A DNA stretch of 64,000 bases, taken from NCBI GenBank assembly GCA_025603075.1, contig MU626291.1, forward strand, positions 80,078 to 144,077, read 5' to 3'. The notes beneath the pieces are model-generated. The model saw only the letters and a list, made by a program, of their open reading frames with translations. It was not told the origin of the DNA and ran no database searches. A program made the position numbers and the translations under genes. This stretch comes from Neoconidiobolus thromboides FSU 785. Its lineage: Eukaryota > Fungi > Entomophthoromycota. The first letter of the stretch is position 1. Every line of letters starts with the position of its first letter. Shown piece by piece: positions 26,795-39,223 of the stretch.

Positions 26795-27853
26795 TTAATT
26801 GTTAAGTACAACCCTATATCTAACTTTACCATCGCGTACTAGTTGTACACCTTCATTACATTTATCCATAGGGTAGTTTTCTATCCAAGGGTAAACCTTA
26901 TGTTCAGCAGCAAAATCCAACATTTTACGGATTTCACAAGGGGATCCAATAGCTGAGCCACCAATAAAAATATTTTTCATAATTAAAGTAAATGGGCGAA
27001 GAGTAACGTTTGATTCTGGTACTGCTAATAATATAATTTTACCATCAATATCCATCCAATTTGCAAAAGTATCCCATTGAGAGTCATTAGCATTACTTGT
27101 GACAATAAGATATTTAAGAGTATCTTTAATCTTATCTGCTTCTTCTTCATTACTATAAGCAATGAAATGTTTGGCACCCATCTTTTTAGCATCGTTTTCT
27201 TTGGAATGAGAATGTGATAAGGCATAAACTTCACAACCCATAGCATTAGCAAATTGAATAGCTAAATGACCTAATCCACCAATACCAATGACACCAACTT
27301 TGTCACCTGATTTAAATCCATTATGAAGCATTGGTGTAAACACAGTGGCACCAGCGCATAGTAATGGTGCAGCATAGTCCGAAGGAATGCTTTCTGGAAT
27401 AAGGAAACAAAAATCTTCTTGGACATGAACTGCTTCCGCATACCCACCATAGGTGGTAGATCCATCAATATCCCTTTTTGAATTATAAGTGAGTCCGCTT
27501 TTCTTACAGAATACTTCTCTTTGGCGCTTACAAGCATAGCAATCATCATTCATACATGCAGCACATTGTGCACCTACCCCTACTCTATCCCCTACTTTAA
27601 GCTTTTGTACCTTATCACCTACTGCGGTTATCTCACCTACAATTTCATGACCAACAATCACTGGGTAATTAGTTGGACCCCATCCACTGTCCATGGTATG
27701 AAGATCAGAACCACAAATACCGCAGTGACTAATCTTGATTTCTACATCATTAGGTTGAAGTGGGGCAGCGTCATAAGTATATTTGACTAATTTTTCATCT
27801 TTTCCATGACAAGCATAGCCACTGATTTTGTTGTATTTTCCTGTATTTGACAT
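26795..27853 (-). CDS. Zn-dependent NADP(H) alcohol dehydrogenase (Adh6/cinnamyl-ADH-like), intronless
   Basis: 352 aa; CGICGSDLH, GHEIVG, GDRVGVG, a four-Cys structural Zn loop, APLLCAGATVF, GIGGLGHLAIQFA, VRYRVV. Confidence 0.95.
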   Translation of the reverse strand: MSNTGKYNKISGYACHGKDEKLVKYTYDAAPLQPNDVEIKISHCGICGSDLHTMDSGWGPTNYPVIVGHEIVGEITAVGDKVQKLKVGDRVGVGAQCAACMNDDCYACKRQREVFCKKSGLTYNSKRDIDGSTTYGGYAEAVHVQEDFCFLIPESIPSDYAAPLLCAGATVFTPMLHNGFKSGDKVGVIGIGGLGHLAIQFANAMGCEVYALSHSHSKENDAKKMGAKHFIAYSNEEEADKIKDTLKYLIVTSNANDSQWDTFANWMDIDGKIILLAVPESNVTLRPFTLIMKNIFIGGSAIGSPCEIRKMLDFAAEHKVYPWIENYPMDKCNEGVQLVRDGKVRYRVVLNN

Positions 27854-28522
27854 TTTTATTTAAAAATTTTGTTGTTTTTCCTCTCTTTATTTATACTTTT
27901 TGACTACTGTTGCATTTAGGTTTATTAACTCCCAATTAGTAATTGCGATGATATGTTAAATTATTCAAGAAGCTTCACTGTTCTATTTGTTTCGGTATTA
28001 CTTTAAGCATCCTTTTATTTCGGTCCTTCATTTCTCCTGTTTTTATGCGTTTATTTTTAATTTTCGAAATTTGATTGTTTAGTGTGTCGGGATTTTATTA
28101 AATTGTGTAGAATAAAAAGATATTATAATTTGATTTCATTACTGTATTTATTAATGAATGATTAATAATTTTTCTTCTATTAACAAAATTAAGTTACTAT
28201 AATAGTAATAGTTGAAGCCTGTAGCATTTAGCTTTATTATAGTTTTATTTATAGTAAAGTAGTACTTTTATTGTTAATTTATCAAATCATTATTGAGATT
28301 TTTGAATTATTTAAATTCAGTTATTTATTTAATCGGATAAAATCGAATGTAGTAATTAATGGCAAGGCTGATTGATGAACATAGTAAAGTATCCTCATAG
28401 GAAACATTAAGGATCTTCTATATAGTTATTTTTTTTATATCTTCATTAAGTATCATTTTCAATTATTTTCTAGTTGATACAAGATACTTATTAAAATTGT
28501 GTTTTTGAAGTTGATATAGCAA

Positions 28523-28626
28523 TATAAGAAGATTTTTTGGTTTCATTACTTTTCCCATCTTTTAAGCGCTATTTGAGCGAAAAGGTTGTTAGTAAAACCC
28601 CAAAATAAAAAATACATCCTCATATA
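28523..28626 (+). mobile_element. MITE-like family A, copy 9
   Basis: ttggtttcattacttttcccatcttttaagcgctatttgagcg...tacatcctcatata. Confidence 0.82.
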
Positions 28627-30131
28627 TTATTTAGCTTTTCATCTGATCTTTTAGCTTTCATGTTTTTACTTATATTTAATAAAATCAATGCTAAATAATA
28701 TAAAATTCTGCTTTATAGCTTACTATTTTTAAAAAGCTCAATATCAAGTTTTAAATTTTATTGAGATAAATATAGGAGAATAGAAGATTAGTCTATGATA
28801 ACATATAGCAATAAGTCAGATGTGTTTTTGAATTTAAACATGATAGAGTGGATTGTTTACCTTTTTGCTATTTGTTTTTTAAAAATGGCCCGATTTATTA
28901 TTGAAAATACGTAAAAAATCTTTCTAAAAATCAACCTTACCTATCTAAAGGTTTATATCTTAAAATTATTATCTAAAATGATATTTTTATTTAGGATAAT
29001 ATTTAAATAATTATAAGCTATACAGTAATTAAATCGTTAAATCTTTTTTGAAACAATTTAAATTAATCCGATTATTTGGGCAAATCCATTCCATTATACT
29101 AATATGTAGAATTGTTAGTTTAACTTTTTGTTGGAAAATCATTCTATCTTCATATAAAAAATACTTCCTGTTGCACTTAATGCCTTAGAAGTTGATTTTG
29201 ACCTAAAAAATGGTTAATTTTAAACTATTTTATATTATTAGATCGGACTTTAGCAAAATACTTGTTTTATTTAAAAGCAACTTAGAACAAAAACTAGCAA
29301 TTTTAATAAACCGCTTAGGTTATGAAACTTATATTTCTTACCAAATCGATATCAAAGAGCTTTCGATTTAAAAAAGGAACTATAGTGCCAAAGTATACAT
29401 AAATATATATAGTTTATTTTGGAAAATATTCAAAAAAAGTTTTACTTAATAAAACTACTGTCTATATATTAAATAGTTTATTATTTTTCAAGTTCTATTC
29501 TTACTAGCTTTGATTTTTTGTAGAAAGTTTATAAATTCCTAAATTAAATCAATTGTTTTTAGTTGATTATGTATAATAGCTAATATTCAAAAAATTGTTA
29601 ATAAATGAGCAGCAACTTATTTGTACTACATAAAAGATCTTTGATCGGGAGTATCAGTATACTTCACTAGCCTCTTGCATCATCGTTTTTTTACCTTTCA
29701 CTTATTAGAAGGGTTGATATTTTTGTCAGCTAAAACGAAGAAAGTTACCAATCGAAAGTACATCTGCTGCAACTCTATTGTGGTCTAGGTAACTGCTCAT
29801 TTAAAAATAAAAGCTTTCTAAAATCAGGCTAAAAAAAGATCAAGCTTTAAGAAAATAAACATACAAATAAGTAGCCCCAAAAATTATTGTAAATTAGGTA
29901 GAAATGGAGTTCAGTAGCTGTAAATAGTAAAAGTCAAAAATATAACTCCAAATTGTGTTCATCTAAGTTCAAATGGGATTTGAAAGTTTTGTAGACCTAA
30001 TTCATCAAATAATATAGGTAATTGATTTAAAATCTAAAGATTTTAGTTTCTACATTTTGGCCTAAAACTATATTAAAATTCAGTGTAATAAGTCAATAAT
30101 ATCTTGAGTTATATAATTGTCTAATTCCAAA

Positions 30132-30239
30132 TATATGTGAATATTTTTTTGGCTTCATCACTCCTTCCATCTTTTAAGTGCTATTTAAGCGAAAAAATTA
30201 CTAGTAAAGTTATTAAATACAAAAATGCATCCTCATATA
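30132..30239 (+). mobile_element. MITE-like family A, copy 10
   Basis: tatatgtgaatat...ggcttcatcac...gcatcctcatata. Confidence 0.82.
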
Positions 30240-31359
30240 CTGTATAGTTATAATTTTTACAATAATTTGTATGATTGTGCCGATTTAAGCTTGACACTTA
30301 AATTTTTATTTGAAAATAAACATTCAACTGCATATATTTGATCAAACAATTGTATTTTATTTAAAATTGAAACACTATTACCAGGTTATTTTCTAATTGT
30401 TTATTGCTATTGAGTTTGATAGTATAGTTCGAGTTTATTATTATGAGTGATAAATTATTTTGTATTGCTTCATTTGAATTGTTACCAAAGGGCTTAAAGT
30501 AATAATTCTTTTCATACTATGAAATCAAATTTAAATTACTACGTTTAATTTGTACTTTAAGGAGAAATAATTAATAGTTAAAGTTAATTAATATTCGAAC
30601 ATACTTAATTTTGTATTCATTTTAATAAGTAATGTTTAATGAAGCGATAAAAATTATGTCAACTTATAAATAAACACTTATCATATTTAAGCTACAAACA
30701 AGGAAGATTAAATTGATGTAATTATAGCCCAATTTCAATTTATATAATGAAAATAAAACAATTTTTAATCAGTTTAAATGTTTTTCTAGTCAAATTTGTT
30801 CACTTTTATACTGCTGAATAAAGACTAATGCCTAAATTACAAATAAACTAAAAAGAGACTATATTTAAATTATAAATAAGTCAAAAAAAGGTTTAGTATG
30901 AATTTAATACATCTATATCGTTCTTTTAACTCAAACTTTAATTACTAAAATTGAGCCCTCAATAATTTGGATTTGATTTACGTTTCATACAAAATTAATT
31001 GAGTGTCTTTTCTCTAAATTTATTGAAGCAAAAAGCCAATAAAAGGAAATTCTTTCTAGCCGTTTAAAACAAAGTTCTCATTTGAATTAAAAATGGACTA
31101 AATTTATTTTTTTGCTAACAGTTTCACCTATCTTTCTATTTTAAAATTAATGTTACGTGATTCTAGTATGTTTGGTATGGATGATCAATCCAAAAATGAT
31201 GCTTTAAACTAATAATAGTTTAATGGTACTACAATGAATATATAAATACTATTCTTTATACTCTTCATACTTCATTTTTATTTCAAAAATAGATACTATT
31301 ATTTTTAAACCACTATTTCTATAATATTATCTATTTAATTTAATTCAATCATTTAAAGA

Positions 31360-33030
31360 ATGAAGCTCAACTTACTTTTACTACTAGTTACTATTTTAAT
31401 TTATCAAGCTCAGTCTATGAAGGTATTGATAAGTATGACCTTTGGTTCGCGTTCTCATATAAAAAATGTATTTGAAATAGGAAAAGTATTACAGGAACGC
31501 GGCGATCAAGTAGCATACATGTCATTAAAGCCAATGTTACGCTTTGCTGATGGTTATAATGTAACTAAATTCCAAGTAGGGCCAGATGATATTCAAATTG
31601 ATGATTTACGTGGAATAAGTGAATTAAATCAAACACCTGTTAATCCATTAGCAGATACTGTTAATGCTTTAGTGGATGGACTTCCTATAGTTTTTCGTAC
31701 TACTTTTGAGGATACTTTATCGGTTATTGATGAATATAAACCAGATGTTATGATTTGTGATTTCTTTTCATCTTCTTGTATTGAAGCTGCTTATCACCGC
31801 CATATCCCACTTATTGTAGGGTTCCAAACTTTGGATGGTCCTTATGTTCCACCCCCTTATATCACTGGAACTTTATCCTATTTCCCCACTACACTCGCCA
31901 ATTTAAGCTTTGGGCAACGTTTTTACTCAACGGTCATACATCCACTTACTGTATTGCCTTCCTTTTTAGCACTCAATTATAGATTAAACGTTGAAAGAGC
32001 ACGTTATAACTTACCAACTACTGTTGTAACGAATGTAGGCAATTGGGAAAATGCACTCAAATTATGCAACACTTTTATGGGTTTTGAAGGTGCTAGACCT
32101 TTAGATCCTAGCTTTAAATTGGTTGGCCCTATAATGTCAGAAGAACATGCTCCATTAAGTGACGGATTAAAACAGTTTTTAGATAAAAGACAAAAAGTAG
32201 TTTATATTGCATTTGGAAGTGGAGTTCAACTAAGCAGTAAAGATGTTAATATCATATTCAATAGTGTTAAAAAACTAGTAGAATATCAAAACGCTGATGG
32301 GATTATTTGGGCTTTAGGAAAAACTCAAAAGGCTACTTTCAATCAAACTGATATTAATATTACTCATAATGGTATCAATCTAACCGCTGAGGACTTATTA
32401 AACAATGCACATCCAAACATTAAGTTTTTAAATTGGGCTCCTCAAGTTGCTATATTAAACCATGAGAATACTAAACTTTTTATATCTCATGGTGGTTTAG
32501 AATCTGCTTTTGAATCCATGTACTCTGGAACTCCAATTTTAACCATTCCTTTCTTTGGTGACCAATATCGTAATGCTCGTAAAGTGGAAGAAATGGGCTT
32601 TGGTGGATATTCAGATAGATTTACGCAAACATCGATCTCCCTTTATAATAAAATTGGCGAAATGCTAGTCGATAAAGACCAAAGTAGAGCCAATGCTATG
32701 CAAAAATGGCAATTGATAGCAAAAACCAATTCTAAAAAGAAATACGAAGCTGCCGATATTATTCAAGAATACGTTGCTCTCTCTAAAGTTTGTAGAAATA
32801 AACCTGGATATAAAAATAAAAATCCAGGCTGCGAATTGGAACATCTTCTTCCCCTTTATCAATCAATTAATCCTTTGATCGCTTTTGGTGTCGATTCTAT
32901 AGTTTTTGCTATTGCTATTATAATTACTATAAGCTTACCTATTATTTATCTTGCTTCTATTCTTATCAAGCAGTTGCTTAAAATCATAAGAAATCATACT
33001 CATATTAAGAATAAGTTAAAATCTCAATGA
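31360..33030 (+). CDS. UDP-glycosyltransferase (GT1), membrane-anchored, intronless
   Basis: Signal peptide; FGSRSH His; UGT signature WAPQVAILNH...FISHGGLES..E....G.P....PFFGDQ..NA; C-terminal TM helix followed by KLKSQ*. Confidence 0.92.
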   Translation: MKLNLLLLLVTILIYQAQSMKVLISMTFGSRSHIKNVFEIGKVLQERGDQVAYMSLKPMLRFADGYNVTKFQVGPDDIQIDDLRGISELNQTPVNPLADTVNALVDGLPIVFRTTFEDTLSVIDEYKPDVMICDFFSSSCIEAAYHRHIPLIVGFQTLDGPYVPPPYITGTLSYFPTTLANLSFGQRFYSTVIHPLTVLPSFLALNYRLNVERARYNLPTTVVTNVGNWENALKLCNTFMGFEGARPLDPSFKLVGPIMSEEHAPLSDGLKQFLDKRQKVVYIAFGSGVQLSSKDVNIIFNSVKKLVEYQNADGIIWALGKTQKATFNQTDINITHNGINLTAEDLLNNAHPNIKFLNWAPQVAILNHENTKLFISHGGLESAFESMYSGTPILTIPFFGDQYRNARKVEEMGFGGYSDRFTQTSISLYNKIGEMLVDKDQSRANAMQKWQLIAKTNSKKKYEAADIIQEYVALSKVCRNKPGYKNKNPGCELEHLLPLYQSINPLIAFGVDSIVFAIAIIITISLPIIYLASILIKQLLKIIRNHTHIKNKLKSQ

Positions 33031-33589
33031 TTCCTATACTTTCAATTTACTAGATGAAATAAAAAATTAATATTAATTAATGCTGAGTTTTATTTTGTTT
33101 AATTTTAATAACTTAGCATTTGTTATAAAGTACTACATCACAAACCGAATCGATGACTTTCCTATAAAAATTCATTACTCACACTTAATATAATAGTTGA
33201 TAAAGCTAATTTTTGATAATGAAGTCTAAAAATAATAAAAATTAGTGACAAGACATTTGAATAGAGAAATGATATAACTTAAACTACTCTTTGTCGAGAG
33301 TTTAACTATATCTCAAATTCTACTCAAAGGCTCAAATTCGTCCATCAAAGTTATAACATAAATTTAGTTAAATTTTTAATAAGCTTGTACTTCAAACATT
33401 GAACATTTTGTCAAGTTAATAATGTGTGTTGAACATAATTAGAAACCGCTTTTGATGTAAAAACTTTTATTTTCCTTAAAAAATTAGTAACAATATAGAT
33501 CCAAACGATTGGGTTACATTGTTTTAAAAATTTTATTTCCTGTTTATTTCAACTAGAAAGTTAAAGTACAGCCACATTTTTTTCAAGAA

Positions 33590-33985
33590 ATTATTAGGAT
33601 TTTCCTAAAGTAATCTGATCTTTTTGATTTATAAAAATAGACTATATGAGCTACAATAACAACTTCATTTTTCAAAATTTTGTTAAGAATTATTTTAATT
33701 TAAATGTTTTAATTTTACTTCCACTATAAAAATGTAGTTGGTTGTATTCCACAATCACCAATAATAAAACATTTACCAATTTATTATTGGCTTATAATAA
33801 CTGTTTAAAAGATTGAAAACAACACTATAGTGGAGAATGTTATTTAATTATAATATTTTTTAAATCGGAGTTTACCTCTTTTGGCAATTATAACTAATTT
33901 TTATAAAATTAGTTTTATAGTTGCAGTTGGTTACTCTTGCCACTTGCACCACAAGGCCAGACTACTTTAGAAAAATCCTAATAAT
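33590..33985. mobile_element. 396-bp non-coding element bounded by 28-bp inverted repeats (putative second MITE family)
   Basis: Left 33590-33617 is attattaggattttcctaaagtaatctg. The reverse complement of 33958-33985 is attattaggatttttctaaagtagtctg (2 mismatches). Confidence 0.55.
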
Positions 33986-34825
33986 AGGAATTCAAAATAT
34001 AAAAATTAACTTTAATATAGGAATAATACAAAATATAAAGTAAGCGTTTTATAATTCCATTCTTTTCAATTTACAAAGTAATCAAGTAGTATTTTTACAG
34101 TTTATTGATCAACTTTACTAAAATGCTAATGATAGAGAGCATCCTTGTCTTCAATTATATAAGTTATGAAAAAAACGAAAGCTCTGAGGTATTTATAAAT
34201 ATAAACATGGACTTTTATCGATCGTTTACCTATATCTAAAAAAAAGAAAAGTAATAACTTTTATTTAAGAGAAGGTGCTTTATTTACTAATAAGAAGCCC
34301 TTATAACTTAAAATATTTAATATAAAGCATTTTGCTTATTAAAATAACATAGTTGATTAAAAATCAATGAGATTCTATTGCTGTTTTAAAGATTTTTATT
34401 GAATATTGGTTAAAAAAAGAAATAGTAGAGCCTTGGGTAAATGAAATGAAACAGAAGTTATTAAATAGGAATAAAACCAAAATTTTATATTTTATAAATT
34501 CATAGTTTATTAACAACTACTTTAATGAAGAATGGAATAGAGTGAGGAAGTATTGGATTCTATAGTAGATAATCAAAAAAACGATATATATATAACAGTA
34601 AAATAACACATAAGTTGTTTTATATTTGAGTTCCAAATTTTTATTGTAAATCGTTTTAGTTTAATTTTAAATTGATACATCAAAAAACTTAGCTACCCTT
34701 TGTTCATTTACTAAAGATAAGTAGTTTACAATAAATTGTACCACTATATGGAATAAACCCTTGGTTTTAATTCATCTGTATATAAAAACTTACAAAAAAA
34801 TAACAATCATTTTTATTCTATTAAA

Positions 34826-35890
34826 ATGAGTGTTATTAACCTCGATAACAAAATAATTCAAGAGTTAAGTTTAGGGATAGTTGAAAAACAATGGGAAGCA
34901 GTAGAAGTATTAAGTACTTTCGACAACAGGCCCATTTAGCCCATGACAAAACAAATTGTATAACTGAGTTTATGGATGAATATAGTGAAAAGGCAGCTGA
35001 AGAAATTGATATCAACATACAATCTGGTAAAGAGTATGATTTNNNNNNNNNNNNNNNNNNNNNNNNNNNNNNNNNNNNNNNNNNNNNNNNNNNNNNNNNN
35101 NNNNNNNNNNNNNNNNNNNNNNNNNNNNNNNNNNNNNNNNNNTCTACTAAGAAAAAAAGATTTGGGTATTTCACTTCTTGTGATAGTTTGCCTACTACAC
35201 CAGCAGTTGAAAGAGCAGTAAACGAAGCAGTACAAGCATTAGAAAATCAAGGGTATCAAGCAGTAGAATTTAAATCTGCACCAATGATAAATATCTTTTG
35301 TTTTGGTAGTGATATCCTTGAAGTTAATTCAAGCCAAGAGGCACTCAGTAAATTAGCCAATGAGGGTTACCGTCCATCAATTAGAGAAATAGTGTTTATG
35401 GGAAAATTACCAGAAGCTGTAAAGGCGAGTATCATTTATATATTGCACCTGTTTGGCGAAAATTTATTGGTCTATGCAGTTAATGTTCAAATAGAAAGAA
35501 GTGCTGAAGAGCTTTGGGAACTACATCATAAAGTAGAAACTTATTTTGTTGTTTATAAAGCAATATGAAGAATCAGGTACTGGCTTTTAATTTTTCCAAT
35601 GCATGTTTTACCTTTTCATAAACACGACGAATTTATAAAAACATTTTCTGCGACTTCTCTATATTCTATACTACATTCGTTTGAATTGAGTGATTAGCTA
35701 AGTGGTAAAATTATCAATGTACTTAACTTAGGGAGAGAGGTTTAAAAGATCTATGTGGCTGTTATGATACTATAGAAATCCAAGGACTTCCAGTTGGATT
35801 ACAAATCAGTTTTAAAAAGTATGAAGATTCTAAAGTATTGGAAGCTATGGAAACGGTGGATGGTGCTTTAAAAGAATTTAACAAAAAGAG
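34826..35890 (+). pseudogene. Amidase (FAAH-like) pseudogene, tandem paralogue of 36968-38563, spanning a 100-N gap
   Basis: ATG 34826 (MSVINLDNKIIQELSLGIVE) followed by a frameshift near 34915. Further frameshifts and a deletion after ~35560. The C-terminal GLPVGLQIS..KYEDSKVLEAM is still recognisable. Ns run 35043-35142. Confidence 0.8.
35043..35142. other. Assembly gap (100 N)
   Basis: Run of exactly 100 N, probably a placeholder length. Confidence 0.99.
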
Positions 35891-36967
35891 TCAGTACTTT
35901 TCCATAAAAAGTTCTTAATATAATACTTTTTTGGATTTCATTATTTTAATGGCTACTCAATAAATTTAATGCAAAAGAAATTTCAGATATTTTGTATATA
36001 AAATGTGAACTTATCATAAAATACCAACTTTATTAAATTTAATCAATTCAACATGTTTTTATAGATTTTTCACCACTAGCTTCAACTTTATAAAAAATAG
36101 CAAATTTTTCATTACAAATACAACTGATTTTAATACTGCTGATTTTTTTGCAAACTTTCTACTATTGCAATCTTATACCCTTATCGTTTATCAAATTATT
36201 TATTTAGAGTAAATGTTAAGTGTTAATATTGAAAGACATTGAAAACGAATTTTTCTTACAAAAGTAAAAACTTATCATTTTTTTGTAGACACTTCTTTTA
36301 TAATATTAAGTCCTGACATACTTGGTTTCCAAGCTAATAAAATTAAACCTTTGGAGTTTTGTTTTTGGTAGAATGAGAGCAAAATAAGATTTAGTTGGCT
36401 AAAAAAATTCATTTTGGGAAGCCTATTTTTAGCATTTGTTACAAATCTCTGACTCAGTATTTATTTAAAGCAGTGACAGTCAATTCATCTTAGAATCCTT
36501 GAATTCACGAGGTTAACACAAATCTAAAATGAACAGAATAACTATTCTAAAGTTCTTCACAGATGGTTATGAGTTGAATAACTTTTTAAAAATTAGACTT
36601 TAATTAACATCAAATTTAAGCTCGGGATTTAGTTGAATATTAACTCAATTCGCTAAAACTTAAAATTGCCATATTAGAAAGCTAACTAAATGAAATAGTC
36701 AGTGAGTGTCATGTAAAACTATATGAAGTGAATAAATTGGACCTGTGGATAGAGTTGGAATCTGTCATTATTTATGCCTGCTAAAGCTCGCACTTTTCTA
36801 TATCATTTAGCTATCCTTTAAGGTTGAATTTTTATTATAGTTTTAATTCATAAAGTTATTAATTTTTTCTGAAACAAGAACATTTGGTAAGTTTAAATTC
36901 TCTCACAAGTATAAAAACAAACTGTAAAATAAATAATTCTAATTTATAGTAAAATAAATAACAAAAA

Positions 36968-38563
36968 ATGTATACTATTAATTTCAGTGATAAAACGATC
37001 CAAGAGTTAAGTTTAGGGATAGTGGAAAACCGATGGAAAGCAATAGAGGTACTAAATCATTTTCAACAAAAAGCACATTTGGCAAATGAAAAAACAAATT
37101 GTATAACTGAGTTTATGGATGAATATAGTGAAAAGGCAGCTGAAGAAATTGATATCAACATACAATCTGGTAAAGAGTATGATTTAAATAAATATCCTTT
37201 ATTAGGTGTTCCAGTATCTATAAAAGATTTATTTGATGTACAAGGTTATGATACTGTTGCTGCGTATCAAATAAATATAGGAAAGAAAGCGAATGAAGAT
37301 GCAGGTATCGTGAAACTGATTAAACAATTAGGTGGTATTCCATTTTGTAAAACAACCATATGTCAATTTGCAATTACAAGTGAAAGTTCAAGTTCTTTAC
37401 ATGGGACTACATATAATGCCTATAATCCAAAGTATTCAGCAGGTGGTAGTAGTTCTGGCGAAGGTCCTTTGATTGCTCTGAAAGGGTCTCCATTAGGTAT
37501 TGGCTCCGATATAGGCGGTAGTTTAAGATATCCATCAGCATGGAATGGAATCTATACAATCAAACCCAGTTTTGATATTTTACCTAGCAATGGTAGCTTC
37601 ATTTTTGAAAGGGGACAAAGTTTTATTAAAGCGGTAACGGGACCAATGGCTAGTAATGTAACTGATTTAAAATATATATGGGAAGCTTTGTTAAGCAAAG
37701 ACTTACGAACTTTTGACCCGAATTGTATTCCGTTGGCTAAAATGGAACCATCTACTAAGAAAAAAAGATTTGGGTATTTCACTTCTTGTGATAGTTTGCC
37801 TACTACACCAGCAGTTGAAAGAGCAGTAAACGAAGCAGTACAAGCGTTGGAAAAGGGAGGCTATGAAGCGGTAAAATTTCAACCCCACTCTATGCTTGAA
37901 GTGTTTGGTTTAGCTAGTAAGATTTTTGGTGCTAACTCAAGCAAAGAAAGTTTTGAAAAAGTAACTAGTGAAGGATATCATTCAACCATTCGAAATTTAG
38001 TGTTTTTTGCTAAGCTACCAGGAATAGTGAAATCGTTCTCAGAATGGGTTCTAAAATTGTTTGGGGAAGAATTAATAAGTTATGGAGCTAGCATTCAACA
38101 TCAAAGGAAAGTAGACGAACTTTGGAAGCTGCAGCATGAAGTGGAAAGTTATTTTATAGAGTTTACAAACCATTATGAAGAATTAGATATCGAGTTTTTA
38201 ATTTCTCCAATACATGTTTTACCTTGTCATAAACATGGTGAATTTATCAACACTTGTTCTGGGGCGGCCTATTCTCTATATTTTAATATTTTAAATATAC
38301 CATCAGGCATAATACCAGTTACAAATGTAGATCCTAAAGTGGATTCTTTTGAATTGAAGGAATGGTTAAATGATAAGATCAGTAATGGCCTTAAGTTAGG
38401 TAGAAAGGGATTAACCGACTTTTATGGTTGTTATGATGCTACAGAAATGCAAGGGCTTCCAGTTGGATTGCAAATCAGTTGCAAAAGGTATGAAGATTCT
38501 AAAGTATTGGAAGCTATGAAGATTGTAGATGATACTTTAAAAGAGTTTAAAAAGATGAGTTAA
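36968..38563 (+). CDS. Amidase-signature family enzyme (FAAH/acetamidase-like), intronless
   Basis: 531 aa; Lys-Ser-Ser triad motifs GVPVSIKD, GGSSSGEG and GIGSDIGGSLRYPS; GLPVGLQI. Confidence 0.93.
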   Translation: MYTINFSDKTIQELSLGIVENRWKAIEVLNHFQQKAHLANEKTNCITEFMDEYSEKAAEEIDINIQSGKEYDLNKYPLLGVPVSIKDLFDVQGYDTVAAYQINIGKKANEDAGIVKLIKQLGGIPFCKTTICQFAITSESSSSLHGTTYNAYNPKYSAGGSSSGEGPLIALKGSPLGIGSDIGGSLRYPSAWNGIYTIKPSFDILPSNGSFIFERGQSFIKAVTGPMASNVTDLKYIWEALLSKDLRTFDPNCIPLAKMEPSTKKKRFGYFTSCDSLPTTPAVERAVNEAVQALEKGGYEAVKFQPHSMLEVFGLASKIFGANSSKESFEKVTSEGYHSTIRNLVFFAKLPGIVKSFSEWVLKLFGEELISYGASIQHQRKVDELWKLQHEVESYFIEFTNHYEELDIEFLISPIHVLPCHKHGEFINTCSGAAYSLYFNILNIPSGIIPVTNVDPKVDSFELKEWLNDKISNGLKLGRKGLTDFYGCYDATEMQGLPVGLQISCKRYEDSKVLEAMKIVDDTLKEFKKMS

Positions 38564-39223
38564 ATTTTATTGTATTGAACTATTTTTACTTATGTGTCTA
38601 TTTTTATCTAAATAAAAGCATCAAGTCACTGATTATTTGAGTTTGAAATAGAAATAGTTGTTCGTTGTTAAAAGAAGTATTATTAGTAATTATTAGATTA
38701 TTTTTTTAAGTCTATAGTAACTAAAATTTATAACATGAAAGGTACTAAAAGGTATATCAACACTTAATAATGTTATTAATATTATTTTTTATTTTAAGAA
38801 ATACATTAAACCTAATATTACTATTTATACATTTTAGTAAAATAATATTGTCAGCTTTTTACTAATCAAAAATTATATCGATTTTCAAATTATATTATAG
38901 AACAATTATAAAAAATTATATATTATCTATTCAATGTCCAAAATACAACTATTGAACAAATAAGTGAACCTGTTACTACACTCAGAGAAGGAGATACTAA
39001 TAAACATAAATACTCAAATTATCGATCTTCATTGTCAATAAGTATTATATTTTTATCAATTATAGGTTGTTTCATCAGATTAGAGATCGTATCTTACAGT
39101 AATCTCAATTGGTTTAATACCATAATAATAGAAGAAATATTAGGATTATGTAAAAAAGAATAAGAGTTGATTTCTATTTATTCCAGTTAAGTTACAAAAA
39201 ATGAGAAATATAGTAATAAAGCA

